Shown piece after piece: positions 37,061-50,657 of a DNA stretch of 64,000 bases; within the stretch, counting starts at the first letter, position 1, and every line of letters starts with the position of its first letter. A program made the position numbers and the translations under genes. Source of the DNA: Octopus sinensis (lineage: Eukaryota); NCBI RefSeq assembly GCF_006345805.1, contig NC_042997.1, forward strand, positions 25,172,001 to 25,236,000, written 5' to 3'. The notes beneath the pieces are model-generated. The model had not been told where the DNA came from, did no database searches, and was given only the letters and a program-made list of their open reading frames with translations.

Positions 37061-37984
37061 CCCTCTCTTCCACACGCAAACGCACACGTATCACTTAAAA
37101 GAAGACAGCTGCAAAAATCGCCAATGCTCTATAATTTCCTATACGTAATTACTGAAATACGCTCCTATATATATGTAACCATTTTGAATTCTTACGTAAC
37201 TCAAGTGGGAGAAAAGAAAATGGATGGTTGTAATATAAAAGGGAAATAGGATTATGCACGAAGACTCCAAGAAAAAAAGTTTCAGTCTCATTTATTTCTT
37301 AGTTTATTTAAATAGTAATTATTTTGACAAATCCTTAGAGTTCCATGATGAAATATTCGTAATCACACAAATATTCGTAATCACACATACTTTCATACCT
37401 TCACAATATGCATACCCACATGCACGCACAGATATACAGTAGAACATTTAGGTATAAAATATGAAATATTTCAGAACAATGTTATTTAGGAAGATATTAT
37501 CAAAAATGTACTTATTATGAATAAGATATAAGAAATATTGTCAACCACGAAAAGAAGTGAAAAAAATAAGCAAGATGTCGTGAATACATGATAAATAGTT
37601 TAAAATAAAGTATCAAAATATTAACAAACAAAACAAAAATATAATTAATTAAACTTGTATGCCAAATGAAAACATTTAAAACGTAAAGTAAATAGTGGGA
37701 TTTATTTTAGGAAATTAGTAATTATGAAAGAGAGAACAGAATATTATAACTTTCGTAGAAGCTCAGGAATCTTAATTCTTACTTTATGAAGTTCCCTGAA
37801 TAGAATAATGGTAACGCTAACTTAACAATTGAAATTAATAGACACATACATGATTGCGTGGTTAAGACGTTCGTATCGCTTCCATTATATTTTGTTTTCG
37901 ATTTCACATTATGGTACATTGGGTACTTTTTTTTATTTGGATTGGACAAATTTAATTGGGAGAGTAGATGCTTTCAAGAATATA

Positions 37985-38210
37985 TTGGGTTGTCCGGAAA
38001 GTTCGTACCGTTTTTATAATAGCTTACCTTTTGACTTACTCTCCCAGGCACCTCAATTCTGGGAAGAGGGTATTTTCAAGTTAAAGGAAAGATGGAGATG
38101 TATTGTGCAACAAAATGGTTCATATTTGGTTTATTAAAAATGTAGTGGCAAGTATTTATCGACCTTTTTCTTTCCTTTAAAAATCGGCACGAACTTTCCG
38201 GACAACCCAA
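37985..38210 (+). mobile_element. Mariner-derived MITE
   Basis: TIRs TTGGGTTGTCCGGAAAGTTCGTACCG / CGGCACGAACTTTCCGGACAACCCAA, TA at 37983-84 and 38211-12; interior encodes FWEEGIFKLKERWRCIVQQNGSY (mariner C-terminus). Confidence 0.92.
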
Positions 38211-38739
38211 TAAAATCCTTCGAAGATGACGCGACATTAAGGAAAAGACAGTCTGGGTGTCTAGAGACAAGACGTCAGTTGTAGAGTAATGTATTCAGAC
38301 GGATAAATTTCAAAACAACGTAAATCTACATTGAAAACGCTGTAGGACCGGCAAATGTGAACAGAAACATGAATAAATTACCGGCTAGTGGAATTTTTGA
38401 TCGAATGAATAGACGAATCAAGGCCTTTAAGCTTGCTACACAATTGGACTGTAGTTACATTAGATTACGTTGGGTATCGAAAATATGAGCAAAGTGGATA
38501 TCTTGGCAGTTGATAACCTGTCTGAGGGAAAGAATGTTGGAAGTCTAGTCTTAGCTGCCAAAAGTGACTGAAGCCAATGAGGAAACCCATTTTACCGATT
38601 AAATTACAGGGGATTTAATGCAGTTGTATTTTTACGACCCATAATCGAAAGTTCAGTCCCTGCATGACGTCACACCATTTTCGATATCCTAAGAAGTTAA
38701 AAAGCCAACGATCAATGTACACCTTTATTTTTTTTATGT

Positions 38740-39110
38740 AATCTCAAGAAAACCATTTTCTTTGAAATTCTGGAACGTCTCGTTACTGCGAACTGTGAGA
38801 TGTATATTGAGACACTCCAAAAGCTTAGAAACGTCATTTGGAGGAAGAAACCAATCGAGAACCTGAAGATATTTCCAGACAGAAGGATAATACGCCATCA
38901 CAAACATCCCTGGCAATAAATTAGGCAGTCAGCCAAAGATTTGGGTTGTTCAAGGTCCTCTCTCATTTACCGTACAGACGGATCTCATGCCCTCTGTCTT
39001 CAACCTGTTCCGTCTAATGACGGACAATCTTCGGAAACAATGATTCGATGATACTGACCAGACAAAAGTGACTATGAGAAAGGAGATACTACCTTCTACA
39101 CATGAATTGC
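38740..39110 (+). mobile_element. Mariner transposase remnant
   Basis: TANCEMYIETLQKLRNVIWRKKP...LSHLPY...SVFNLF...FDDTDQ corresponds to mariner YxxxL...HPPYSPDLAPSDFHLF region; frameshifted. Confidence 0.7.
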
Positions 39111-39129
39111 TTCAGAGTGGACACAAACA

Positions 39130-39425
39130 AACACATACATACACACACACACATGCATACATACACACACATACATACATACACACACACATATATATTT
39201 ATGTATGCATATATATTTGTATATATGTATGTATATATATATGTAAATATGTATGTATATATGTATATATGTATGTATGTATATATGTATATATACATAT
39301 ATATGTATATACATATGTATATATATACACGTATACATATATGTATATATATGCATATATATATATGTATGTGTGTATATACATATGCATATATACATAC
39401 GTATATGTACATACTTACATCTATA

Positions 39426-39479
<54 letters not shown>

Positions 39480-39495
39480 ATATATATATATGCAT
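39130..39495. repeat. Degenerate (TACA)/(TA)n low-complexity tract
   Basis: Direct reading; similar tracts at 40880-41320, 47600-48010 and 60740-61500. Confidence 0.9.
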
Positions 39496-39884
39496 ATGTG
39501 GGTACAGGACTTCATGGAACGTGTACAACAAAAAAATACGAAGTACGAGTACATGGAACATAAAATTTCTTTCGAAAATATTGAAAAAAAAAGAACAACC
39601 CTTCATCAGTTGTTGGCTGTTTTTCTAGTCTCATATTTCGAGCATTTAACTACAATATACTCTTTCGATAAAACAGCTACTCCCGCAAAGCAAATTAAAT
39701 AAACTTTGGGATTTTGCAGAGGGTCAAAACAGGTAACACTAACAGGACAGTGAAAAACAGGAATGGCTGCTAAGGCTAGAGGAGGTTATGGTGGGGAACG
39801 CGTAAATCAAGCTTGGGGCAGGAGACAAAAATGAACACGTCTTCCTTGTTCACTCGCACACAACACACTCACTCACAAACACAG

Positions 39885-39942
<58 letters not shown>

Positions 39943-39944
39943 GG

Positions 39945-40170
39945 AAAAAAATTCAAGATAGAAAATGATAAAATAATTTTATAAAAAACAATTCAGTACC
40001 GGTTTCAGTCATTGAGACCTTTTCAACTGTAACAATTAAGCAATTAAATATGGAAAAAATTAAAAGAAACGTTTTTTTTTAAAGAATATTTGTATAGTGT
40101 TCAAATACAAGTTGTATTTCCCCTGTTTCTGCCTGTCTCAGTCTCTCTCGTTTACTTGTTCGAGGTCGGT
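39945..40170 (-). mobile_element. Probable Penelope-like terminal-repeat fragment with degenerate hammerhead motif
   Basis: Minus strand CAG-TTGAAAA-GGTC-TCAAT-GACT-GAAAC-CG-GTA-CTG at 39994-40029. Confidence 0.4.
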
Positions 40171-40209
<39 letters not shown>

Positions 40210-40918
40210 CATACAAGTATAGATACATACATAGATACAAGTATACATACATACAAGTATACATACATGTGTGTATGTATGAATATATATGATAAGATAT
40301 ACTGAAGACTTAATCGCTAAGGATGGAAAATGTTTAGGCCGAGGACTGGTCAAACTCCAAACGACCTGGGACTACAATATAGCAACGTATGAAGTTAAGT
40401 ATTATATTTTTGTTAACCATCCCATAAAAAGAAAAAAATAACATTTAATTCGACCATAGAAGATAATTTACGCATAATGTAACATACTGAATGTGCAGCC
40501 TAGCAACATACTGAAGGAGTCAGTGCAGCCAAAATATTTCTTGATTGTTGAAAGTAACGTGACTTTGCAGGTCAAACATTTTAAATCCTTTGATAATGAT
40601 ATTGTCATGAACTCATCATTCAAAAGAATCTTTCGTACAATGAAATGGCAATAGTAAACACCATTAATACCACTTCATTCCGAAGATAAAACCAGTAATG
40701 TTTAAAAGACTAGAAGGAATTAAGAACGTTAATTTTTCCGCAACAGTATATAGGAGTAATGAGGTAATATGACAAATCCACAGTAAAATAGATAAATAAT
40801 CCGTAGGAGAATGATGTCTACATTAATAAATGATTTAAAGATGAGATGCTCAGCACATAGACGTATCATATACAGAAATACACATGTGCACACACACACA
40901 CACCACACACACACACAC

Positions 40919-40949
<31 letters not shown>

Positions 40950-41027
40950 GACTTATATATATATATATATATATATAAAGAGAAAGAGAGAGATAAATAT
41001 ATATATATACATACATTTATATACACA

Positions 41028-41066
<39 letters not shown>

Positions 41067-41128
41067 AGAGAGAGAGAAAGAGAAATAAATAAATAAATAT
41101 ATATATACATACGTATATATACACATGA

Positions 41129-41197
<69 letters not shown>

Positions 41198-41538
41198 CAT
41201 ATATATAAATATACACATATATGTGTATATATGTATATATAGATATATATGCTTAAATATATGTATATATACGTATATATGTATGTGTGTATGTATACAC
41301 GCACTCACACACACACACGCATATAGCTGTCTCCTTGCTAGAGAAAATTTGTTTGAAAGAGAATTTGCTCTTGTTGTTCAGGGAGATCCTGGACGGTGGA
41401 GTTTCTCGATTATCCCCAGACGTTCTCCTGCATCAGGAGGACGACATCACTATAGCCCCTTTTTTCACTTCCTTCTTTCCTTTACCGTTCTACACTGTGC
41501 ATACCTCCCTTCTTTGTCTTATTGCCTAACGCGTATAC

Positions 41539-41920
41539 TTGGAGGCGCAATGGCCCAGTGGTTAGGGCAGCGGACTCGCGGTCGTAGGATCGCGGTTTCG
41601 ATTCCCAGACCGGGCGTTGTGAGTGTTTATTGAGCGAAAACACCTAAGCTCCACGAGGATGGTGGTGATCCCTGCTGTACTCTTTCACCACAACCTTCTC
41701 TCACTCTTACTTCCTGTTTCTGTTGTACCTGTATTTCAAAGGGCCGGCCTTGTCACTCCCTGTGTCACGCTGAATATCCCCGTGAACTACGTTAAGGGTG
41801 CACGTGTCTGTGTTATGCTCAGTCACTTACACGTTAATTTCACGAGCAGGCTGTTCCGTTGATTCGGATCAACCGGAACCCTCGTCGTCGTAACCGACGG
41901 TGTGCTTCTTCTCTCTTTCT
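41539..41920 (+). mobile_element. Family C SINE
   Basis: Full-length; TSD TAACG(C/T)GTATAC at 41527-41538 and 41921-41932. Confidence 0.92.
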
Positions 41921-42077
41921 TAACGTGTATACATTCTTTTCTATATCATTTCGTTATATATAATCCTCCACACTTTATGTCTGCTTTTCTGTTCTCCCCG
42001 CCACCCAATGCTTCGCGCTGGTGGCAAATATAAGAAATCCACCTCCTCCTTCTCATCATCATTATTGGTATTACTAT

Positions 42078-42700
42078 TACCTCTGCCTTAGCGAAGGCGG
42101 AGGTATTCTTTCAGTCGAGTTTGTTTCTTTGTCCGTCGACACGATATCTCAAAAAACCACAGAATGAACTCAGATGAAACATTCAGGGATGTTTGGCCTC
42201 GTGACTAGCACGAACTGATTAGATTTTGGGATCTATCCGGCACCGGAGAAGGAATCTGTTTATCTTTTGTTTTATTTATCTTACTTTACATGTGTGGAGG
42301 CGCAATGGCCTAGTGGTTAGGGCAGCGGACTTGCGGTCGTAGGATCGCGGTTTCGATTCCCAGACCGGGCGTTGTGTGTGTTTATTGAGTGAAAACACCT
42401 AAAAGCTCCACGAGGCTCCGGTAGGGGGTGGTGATCCCTGCTGTACTCCTTCACCACTCTTTCTCTCACTCTTTCTTCAGTTGGCCTGCTCGTTTAGCCA
42501 GCGGGGTGGCGTCATTCGAAGGCTAAAACAATGCGAACGCATTGTGACCAGCGATGTGTAACAACATCTGATGGTCTGGTCGGTCACGTGATCACTTTAC
42601 ATGTAGTATTATGATCTTACGTAAACTTTCATGTAAGCGTTTCAAATTGGAAGGAAAGAAACTGGGTGATGCTACTTCCAATGCCTTGGTGATGGTAGAG
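42078..42700 (+). mobile_element. HINE/Helentron-like non-autonomous element interrupted by a SINE
   Basis: 5' hairpin TACCTCTGCC-TTAGCGAA-GGCGGAGGTA, then GATATCTCAAAAAA...GATGAAACATTCAGG...GATTAGATTTTGGG, a layout typical of Helentron-associated elements; right end degenerate. Confidence 0.45.
42294..42593 (+). mobile_element. Family C-headed SINE with a different 3' half
   Basis: Matches C up to CTTTCTCTCACTCT then diverges; exact TSD ACTTTACATGT at 42283-42293 and 42594-42604. Confidence 0.9.
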
Positions 42701-42926
42701 CAATGCGGGACATTTTTGGTAAGGAGAGGGTATCCCTTGTTACTCTGAGCGGATTGCCCCACTTTTCTGGATACTATTTATTATTCATTAAATTTCGATT
42801 TTTATATTTTTTTGCTATATCTTTATTTTTGTGTTACCCCTTAATTGATGCAACCCCCACTTGTTTCTGTGTTGAATCTCGTCCCTTGATATTGTCCTCC
42901 ATACTGTGGGCCCCTGTGACTAATGA

Positions 42927-43660
<734 letters not shown>

Positions 43661-44519
43661 ATTAAAATTACTAACGAGACCCGAGGCCATTCCATGTGTG
43701 CTAAAACTTTCACATTTCTAAATTTTGCTGCATACATTTTTAGATATTCGTAAAATTGTTTTAACTCTTTTTTAAAAGATTTACGGTTATGTTTTCGATT
43801 GCAATGCGTAGTTAAACGTAACGGCCGAACACATGTCATTACCTGCAGAATAACCTTATTCACACAATCATTACAATGATCGTGATGACGACTGGGGAAG
43901 GGGGAGCTGGCAACGAGAAGGAAGGACAGTGCTAAAATGTCATTACGATTGTTATTGTCATGAATGAATGCAATTCTGATTCCGTCATATTCAGTGTCAT
44001 CACCATTCACATCATCATCATCTTCATCATCATCATCATCATCATCATCAACATTATTATCATCATCATCATCTTTACTACAGAAATTATAAGGACCATG
44101 ATGATTATGGTGATGACAAACCTGATGACCTTGATAACAAACAACGTTGATAATAATCTCGATCTTGATAGTAACCGTGATTGTTAGCAATCACTGTAAG
44201 GATGGAATGTTAATAAGTAGCGGAATGGTAGAAAAAAAAATGGAGAGTAAGAGGAGTAGAAAATGGAGAGTAAGAGGAGAAGGAGGAAGGGAAAGGAGGA
44301 GAGAACAAGGAAGAGGAGATGATAAAAGAGGAGGCGGAGGTGTAACGATTAACAAGATTAACGTTAACAATGTTCACGACAATGTGATAAGGGTGATGAC
44401 GGTACAGTCGATTAAGTTGGTCATGGCGATGATGAATGAACACGTGGACAATAATTATGATGGCGGCGATGTGATGATAATCATACCTATCATAATGATG
44501 ACGGCTGTACAGAAGACGC

Positions 44520-44536
44520 CAATGATCATCGTGATA

Positions 44537-44575
<39 letters not shown>

Positions 44576-44624
44576 GTGATGGTGATGGTGACGGTGACGG
44601 TGACGGTGATGGTGATGATGATGG

Positions 44625-44659
<35 letters not shown>

Positions 44660-44669
44660 GGGATGGTGA

Positions 44670-44710
<41 letters not shown>

Positions 44711-44888
44711 ATAATGGTGGTGACGGTGACGGTGATGGTGATGGTGTTGGTGATGATGATGGTGATGATGATGATGATTATGATGATGATGATGATGATG
44801 GTGACGGTGACGGTGATGGTGATGGTGATGGTGATGAAGATGATAATGATGATGATGATGATGATGATGATGATGTAGATGGTGATGG

Positions 44889-44956
<68 letters not shown>

Positions 44957-45020
44957 ATGGTGATGGTGATGATGATGATGATGATGATGATGATGGTGAC
45001 GGTGACGGTGATGGTGATGG

Positions 45021-45063
<43 letters not shown>

Positions 45064-45070
45064 GAAGATT
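44520..45070. repeat. Long (GAT)n/(GGT)n/(GAC)n mixed triplet array
   Basis: Direct reading; produces the poly-M/V ORFs. Confidence 0.95.
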
Positions 45071-45960
45071 ATGACGATGAAGCTAGTTATACTTAGCCCA
45101 CTTATTTCAGTAAAAACTAACGAAATATGAACTGCGATGCCTTACATAAATATAGGAGGACATCGAGGTATCAGACTTCAAGTAAGATCTTGCTGCAAAG
45201 TAGTCACGAGGTGAGATAGTTTATAAGTCACTATAGAGCAACGATTGTCTCTGTTACATGACAATTTTCAGCGATTCGTTAATGCGATGGTCGTACAATA
45301 TATGTATTTCAACATTTTTCAACTACCACCATGTACGCCATAGGATATTACCATGTGGTATTATAAGAATCAGATAGTAAAACATGTGACCCATACAGCA
45401 ACAAGTTCAGCAGATGAAATAGTGTATCATTCTGATACCTGCAATTTGCATGCTTGCGAAAAATTCGTATGTCATATCCTATTGGGGAAACAAATAACAT
45501 GATAAATTCAAAGAAGAAATTTTATGATGCATATTTGCATTTTTCCAATGCATTTTTGCACTCACAGTAAAATAAAGTCTTTTTTTTTGTAACAAGTTGT
45601 ATCGAAGTACATATCAAAAATGCTCTAAGTCAAATTTACAAGGTGATTATATAATCCGCCTACTGCCAACATCATAACGGTTAGATTATTCGTCCGATAA
45701 GTGGCGGTGAAAATATGAAAACATTTTGTCGATACATTTATATAAAACTCGTGTGTTGCTGTACTGGATCCTTATGACGGACAAAATGTGGAAGGTATTA
45801 CTTGGATTGCATCACTTCTCGATCTTTTTATGAGTAAGGAAAGATATTTCTTTGGCGGTTGGTATAATGACATATGTAATATGGTGCAAATAATGAGAAA
45901 ATTAAGGCCAGAAATTTTCCTCGTCAAATGAATTACCCATCATTTTTCTTTGTAAGTATT

Positions 45961-46189
45961 TCACAATGCATGAAATGAATTGCAAGAGAGGATGTACACT
46001 AGTATTAAGAGATTAGTGAAAATCTCAGAAAAAGGAAATGAACTCGATGAAAGTGATGTAGTGGGAAGAACCGTCTCTTCAGGATTTCTTAGAAATTTGT
46101 CCATGTGGGATAGCTCGAAATTTTGTGATTCGCTAATTCTCATGTCTTCCTTCATTTTTAAGTACCCAAAACCAGATGTGGCACCGTTG
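45961..46189 (-). CDS. Weak candidate terminal coding exon, unknown protein with hydrophobic C-terminus
   Basis: Minus strand branch-like TGCTAAT, CCCCTTTCATAATTAG acceptor, then open frame (phase 1) NGATSGFGYLKMKEDMRISESQNFELSHMDKFLRNPEETVLPTTSLSSSSFPFSEIFTNLLILVYILSCNSFHAL*; no partner exons or homology identified. Confidence 0.2.
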
Positions 46190-46849
46190 CTAATTATGAA
46201 AGGGGATTAGCAGATTAATTTCGAAAGGCATGTCTTGAAATTCTAATGGTCTCTGTAGACAGAACAGCAGGTTTGATATACAAGATTTCAATAGCATCCG
46301 AAGCCGAAGCGCCTAGGTTTACAGAAGCCAAATAGATAAATTAAGATATATGATATGGAAACAACGTTGATTATAAACCTACGGAGAGAATGTAATGCTG
46401 TCTTAAATGCAAGGTACTGGAATATGTATAAATGGTATATAGGATGGCATAGTGCACTGACCTGCCTGCAAAGTTTCAAATAAGATTTCGTTATTTAATA
46501 TATGAACTAGGACAAATCACAGCAGGATACCCAAGTTAACTTCGCAGTAGAGTACTCTATAGCACAAGATATAGGGATACATGTATATACATAAACATGT
46601 ATAAATACACTCCTCATACAAGAATACATGCTTGTATATGTATATGTGAATATATATTTATATGTATATATAAGTCTGTGCCTGTATGTGTGTGTGGGCA
46701 AGTGTGAGTGTGTGGATGTAGATTTACAGTCATATGTGTGTATGGCCTGGTAGTATTTATTATGTTTTCGCTAATTGTGTTAGGTGCTCATATAACTGCA
46801 TGTACACATATAGTACTCGCCTAAAGTGGAATACCAAGGGCATGACAGC

Positions 46850-46883
<34 letters not shown>

Positions 46884-47129
46884 GGAAGAGAGAGAAAATA
46901 AGAGGAAGGAGAGGAGGAGAATGAGAGGGGATAGATAGATAGATAGACAGACAGACAGATATATATATATATATTATATTATATTAAATATAATATAATA
47001 TTTTACTATAAAATTGGATTCAATCCTAAATCTGATTTTTCCCTGTAAGTTTGGATTTATTCCCTATATTTATTATATATATATATATATTATATATATA
47101 TATATAGATATATATATATATATATATAT

Positions 47130-47305
<176 letters not shown>

Positions 47306-48187
47306 ACCCGCTACTGAATCAAAAGTTCTACTCAGTGCTATGTTTTATACACTTCAATCTTGGAACACAGAATTTTGGCAGATGTGGAGATTTCCCACGC
47401 CATCTGTCCTTCAGTGTTATTTTACATTTTACTATGTGTTTGTGTTGATTATTTATTATTATCACTCATCTGATTCTGCTCATTTTCTTGAAGCTGTTGT
47501 TTTTTTTTAATGCCATTGAATGTCCTTGTAGTATAGAGTGAATTTAGTTATGATAGGAAATTGTCGCAATGGCATTGGAACTAATAAAGGGAACCGCTTT
47601 TGAGTAGACCGAAATTGGAATTATTATTTTTTATTATTATACATATACATACGTATGTATGTATGTATGTATGTATGTATGTATGTATGTATGTATGTAT
47701 GTATGCATGCATGTATGTATGTATGTATGTATGTATGTATGTGTGTGTATGTATGTATGTGTGTACGTATGTATCTATATATGTATGTATATATATGTGT
47801 ATGTATATATGTGTATATGGTATATGTATATGTGTATGTGTGTGCGTGTGTGTTCGATTAAAGGCGGTGCTCCAGCATGGCAGCAGTCAAATAACTCAAA
47901 CAAGTAAAAGGATGCATATGTATATAGGTATAAGTATATATATTATCAAAAGATATATATATATATATGTGTGTGTGTCTACATATATATATTTACATAC
48001 ATATATATATAAAATATCATTTGGCTAATAGCCTCACTGGGTACAGTGCAAAGCCCCTATACAGTAATCGGTTACTGTATGCCATCATACGTACGGATTA
48101 CTCCTTTTACTGAATATATATGCTTAACTCCGTTAGTGATTTTTACGACTAAGGCGCAATAACTGAAATATGGTTTATACTGCCATT

Positions 48188-48580
48188 GTGGAGGCGCAAT
48201 GGCCCAGTGGTTAGGGCAGCGGGCTCGCGGTCGTAGGATCGCGGTTTCGATTCCCAGACCGGGCATTGTGAGTGTTTATAGAGCGAAAGCACCTAAAGCT
48301 TCTCGAGGCTCCTGCAGGGGGTGGTGGTGAACCCTGCTGTACCCTTTCACCACAACTTTCTCTCACTCTTACTTCCTGTTTCTGTTGTACCTGTATTTCA
48401 AAGGGCCAGCCTTGTCACACTCTGTGTCACGCTGAATCTCCTCGAGAACTACGTTAAGGGTACACGTGTCTGTGGAGTGCTCAGCCACTTACACGTTAAT
48501 TTCACGAGCAGTCTGTTCCGTTGATCGTATCAGCTAGGACCCTCATCGTCATAACCGACGGAGTGCTAAAGTAGTGCTCA
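48188..48580 (+). mobile_element. Family C SINE
   Basis: TSD TATACTGCCATT at 48176-48187 and 48581-48592. Confidence 0.92.
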
Positions 48581-48689
48581 TATACTGCCATTACACATTT
48601 TTCAGTTTCGATCTCATCGTTGTTTACATTAAGCATACTCGGATACGAAACGTCGTAACAAACCTGTGCTAGATATAATTGTTATAGAA

Positions 48690-49975
48690 AATCTGTGGAT
48701 ATACACTTAACAAGTGATATGCGAGAGTGTATCCTTTTTACTGCCACACATCCTACAAAGGGACATTTTACTGCTCTTATCTATTATGGAACCTAACCTA
48801 ATTAGCTTTCAAAGCTTGTTTCAGGGCGCTGCATGTCATTTCCTCAGTGCATCCTTTCAGATCACTTTACTTTAGCCACCTCCAGGTATTGATCTTGTCT
48901 TTCCCTCTGATTTATTTGAGGTATTGCTTATGCATCATTTTAATTTTTCCTTTACTCTTACTCTTTCCTCTTTTCCTTGTTTCAGTCATTTGACTGCGGC
49001 CATGCTGGAGCACCGCCTTTAGTCGAGCAAATCGACCCCGGGACTTATTCTTTGCAAGCCCAGTACTTATTCTATCGGTCTCTTTTGCCGAACCGCTAAG
49101 TGACGGGGACTTAAACACACCAGCATCGGTTGTCAAGCAATGCTAGGGGGACAAACAGACACACAAACATATACACACCCACTTATATATATATCCATAT
49201 ATACGACAGGCTTCTTTCAGTTTCCGTCTACCAAATCCACTCACAAGACATTGGTCGGCCCGGGGCTATAGCAGAAGACACTTGCTCAAGATGCCACGCA
49301 GTGGGACTGAGCCCGGAACCATGTGGTTGGTTAGCAAGCAACTTACCACACAGCCACTCCTGCGCCTATGTTTAATCTTTCTTCTCCACTCTGTTTCTTA
49401 AATGTTTTTGGGTGTATCACATTATTAGTAGGTATCGTGTTGCTGTTTCTAACAATGACATACAAAGATTCAATCTGCTCTTTGACGTACCATCCCTGGC
49501 TGTTTTCCTCATTAAAAACACTGATTTTGCATCCTTTTCCTCCCCTTCCATCCATGCGCTTACAGTCTATCGATATAGCTTTTTCGATGCAGTTCCTTGT
49601 TTATTGTCATCACTTTCCTGGTTTTTCTACCCAAGCTCATTTTTTGTCCAACTAACAACGCATCAAGGAGACAGCCCATGTATTCCTTACTCTGATCGTG
49701 TTCATTCCACTGAGTTTACTCTCTATAATTAACTTGGTTATACTGAGTTATTCTCTTCTAAACCTTTCCTTCATCTCATTCTCCTTGATTTTACCATATT
49801 CGAAAATACCCAGATACTTTTATCCATTAGTCTCAACATACTTGATTCTCTCACCTCTTGGCAAATCTACGCTATCAGGTGACACTACTTTGCCTTTTTT
49901 TATGATAAGCATACCACACGTTTTAATCCTAAATTCCACCCGATATCCTTACTGAATACCTGCACTGTTGAAAAC
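48690..49975 (-). mobile_element. Decayed R4/Dong-like LINE interrupted by a family B SINE
   Basis: Minus strand TVQVFSKDIG...KYLGIFEY...EMKERF...GRGGKG...WRWLK*SDLK...HIT; many stops. Confidence 0.75.
48950..49366 (-). mobile_element. Family B SINE
   Basis: Full-length B sequence. Confidence 0.93.
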
Positions 49976-50469
49976 GGGTAATTTATTTTACGTTCATGCT
50001 TTCACACAATCTTTAAGCCATCCGTATATTTAAATTTTCTTCAGTTTTCGAAGTGTACCACGATGTCATTTTCCGAAATATCTGTATGAGGGATATCATG
50101 CAAATCAGAAGCAGCAATGGCGATAAGCTATCTCCCTGAAATATGCTTCCCCCGACGTTAACCTTCACCAAAAATGTGTATTCTAGTTCTTCATTGATTT
50201 TCTGATAAAATTTAAAATGTTACCAGTATGTCATAAGCTTTCTGATAATCGTTCCATGCCTGAGCCAGTATAATACCGTTCTCTCTATGAGAAGTTGATA
50301 TTTTGTCCCTCGGCTTTTCGTCACGCATCACTTCTGTTACACATGCAGCTTAACATCATCATCATCAGCAGCAGCATCATCAACAATAACTACAACAGCA
50401 GCAGCTACAACAACAAAACTGATGACGATAATAATGATAATAATAATGATAATAATAATGATGATGATG

Positions 50470-50503
<34 letters not shown>

Positions 50504-50514
50504 TGATGATGATG

Positions 50515-50632
<118 letters not shown>

Positions 50633-50657
50633 TAATAATAACAATAATAATAATAAT

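Noticed and set aside
40310-40345. CTGAAGA-CTTA..TAAG resembling a hammerhead start
   Set aside because: No adjacent GAAAC or cleavage triplet in the right register.
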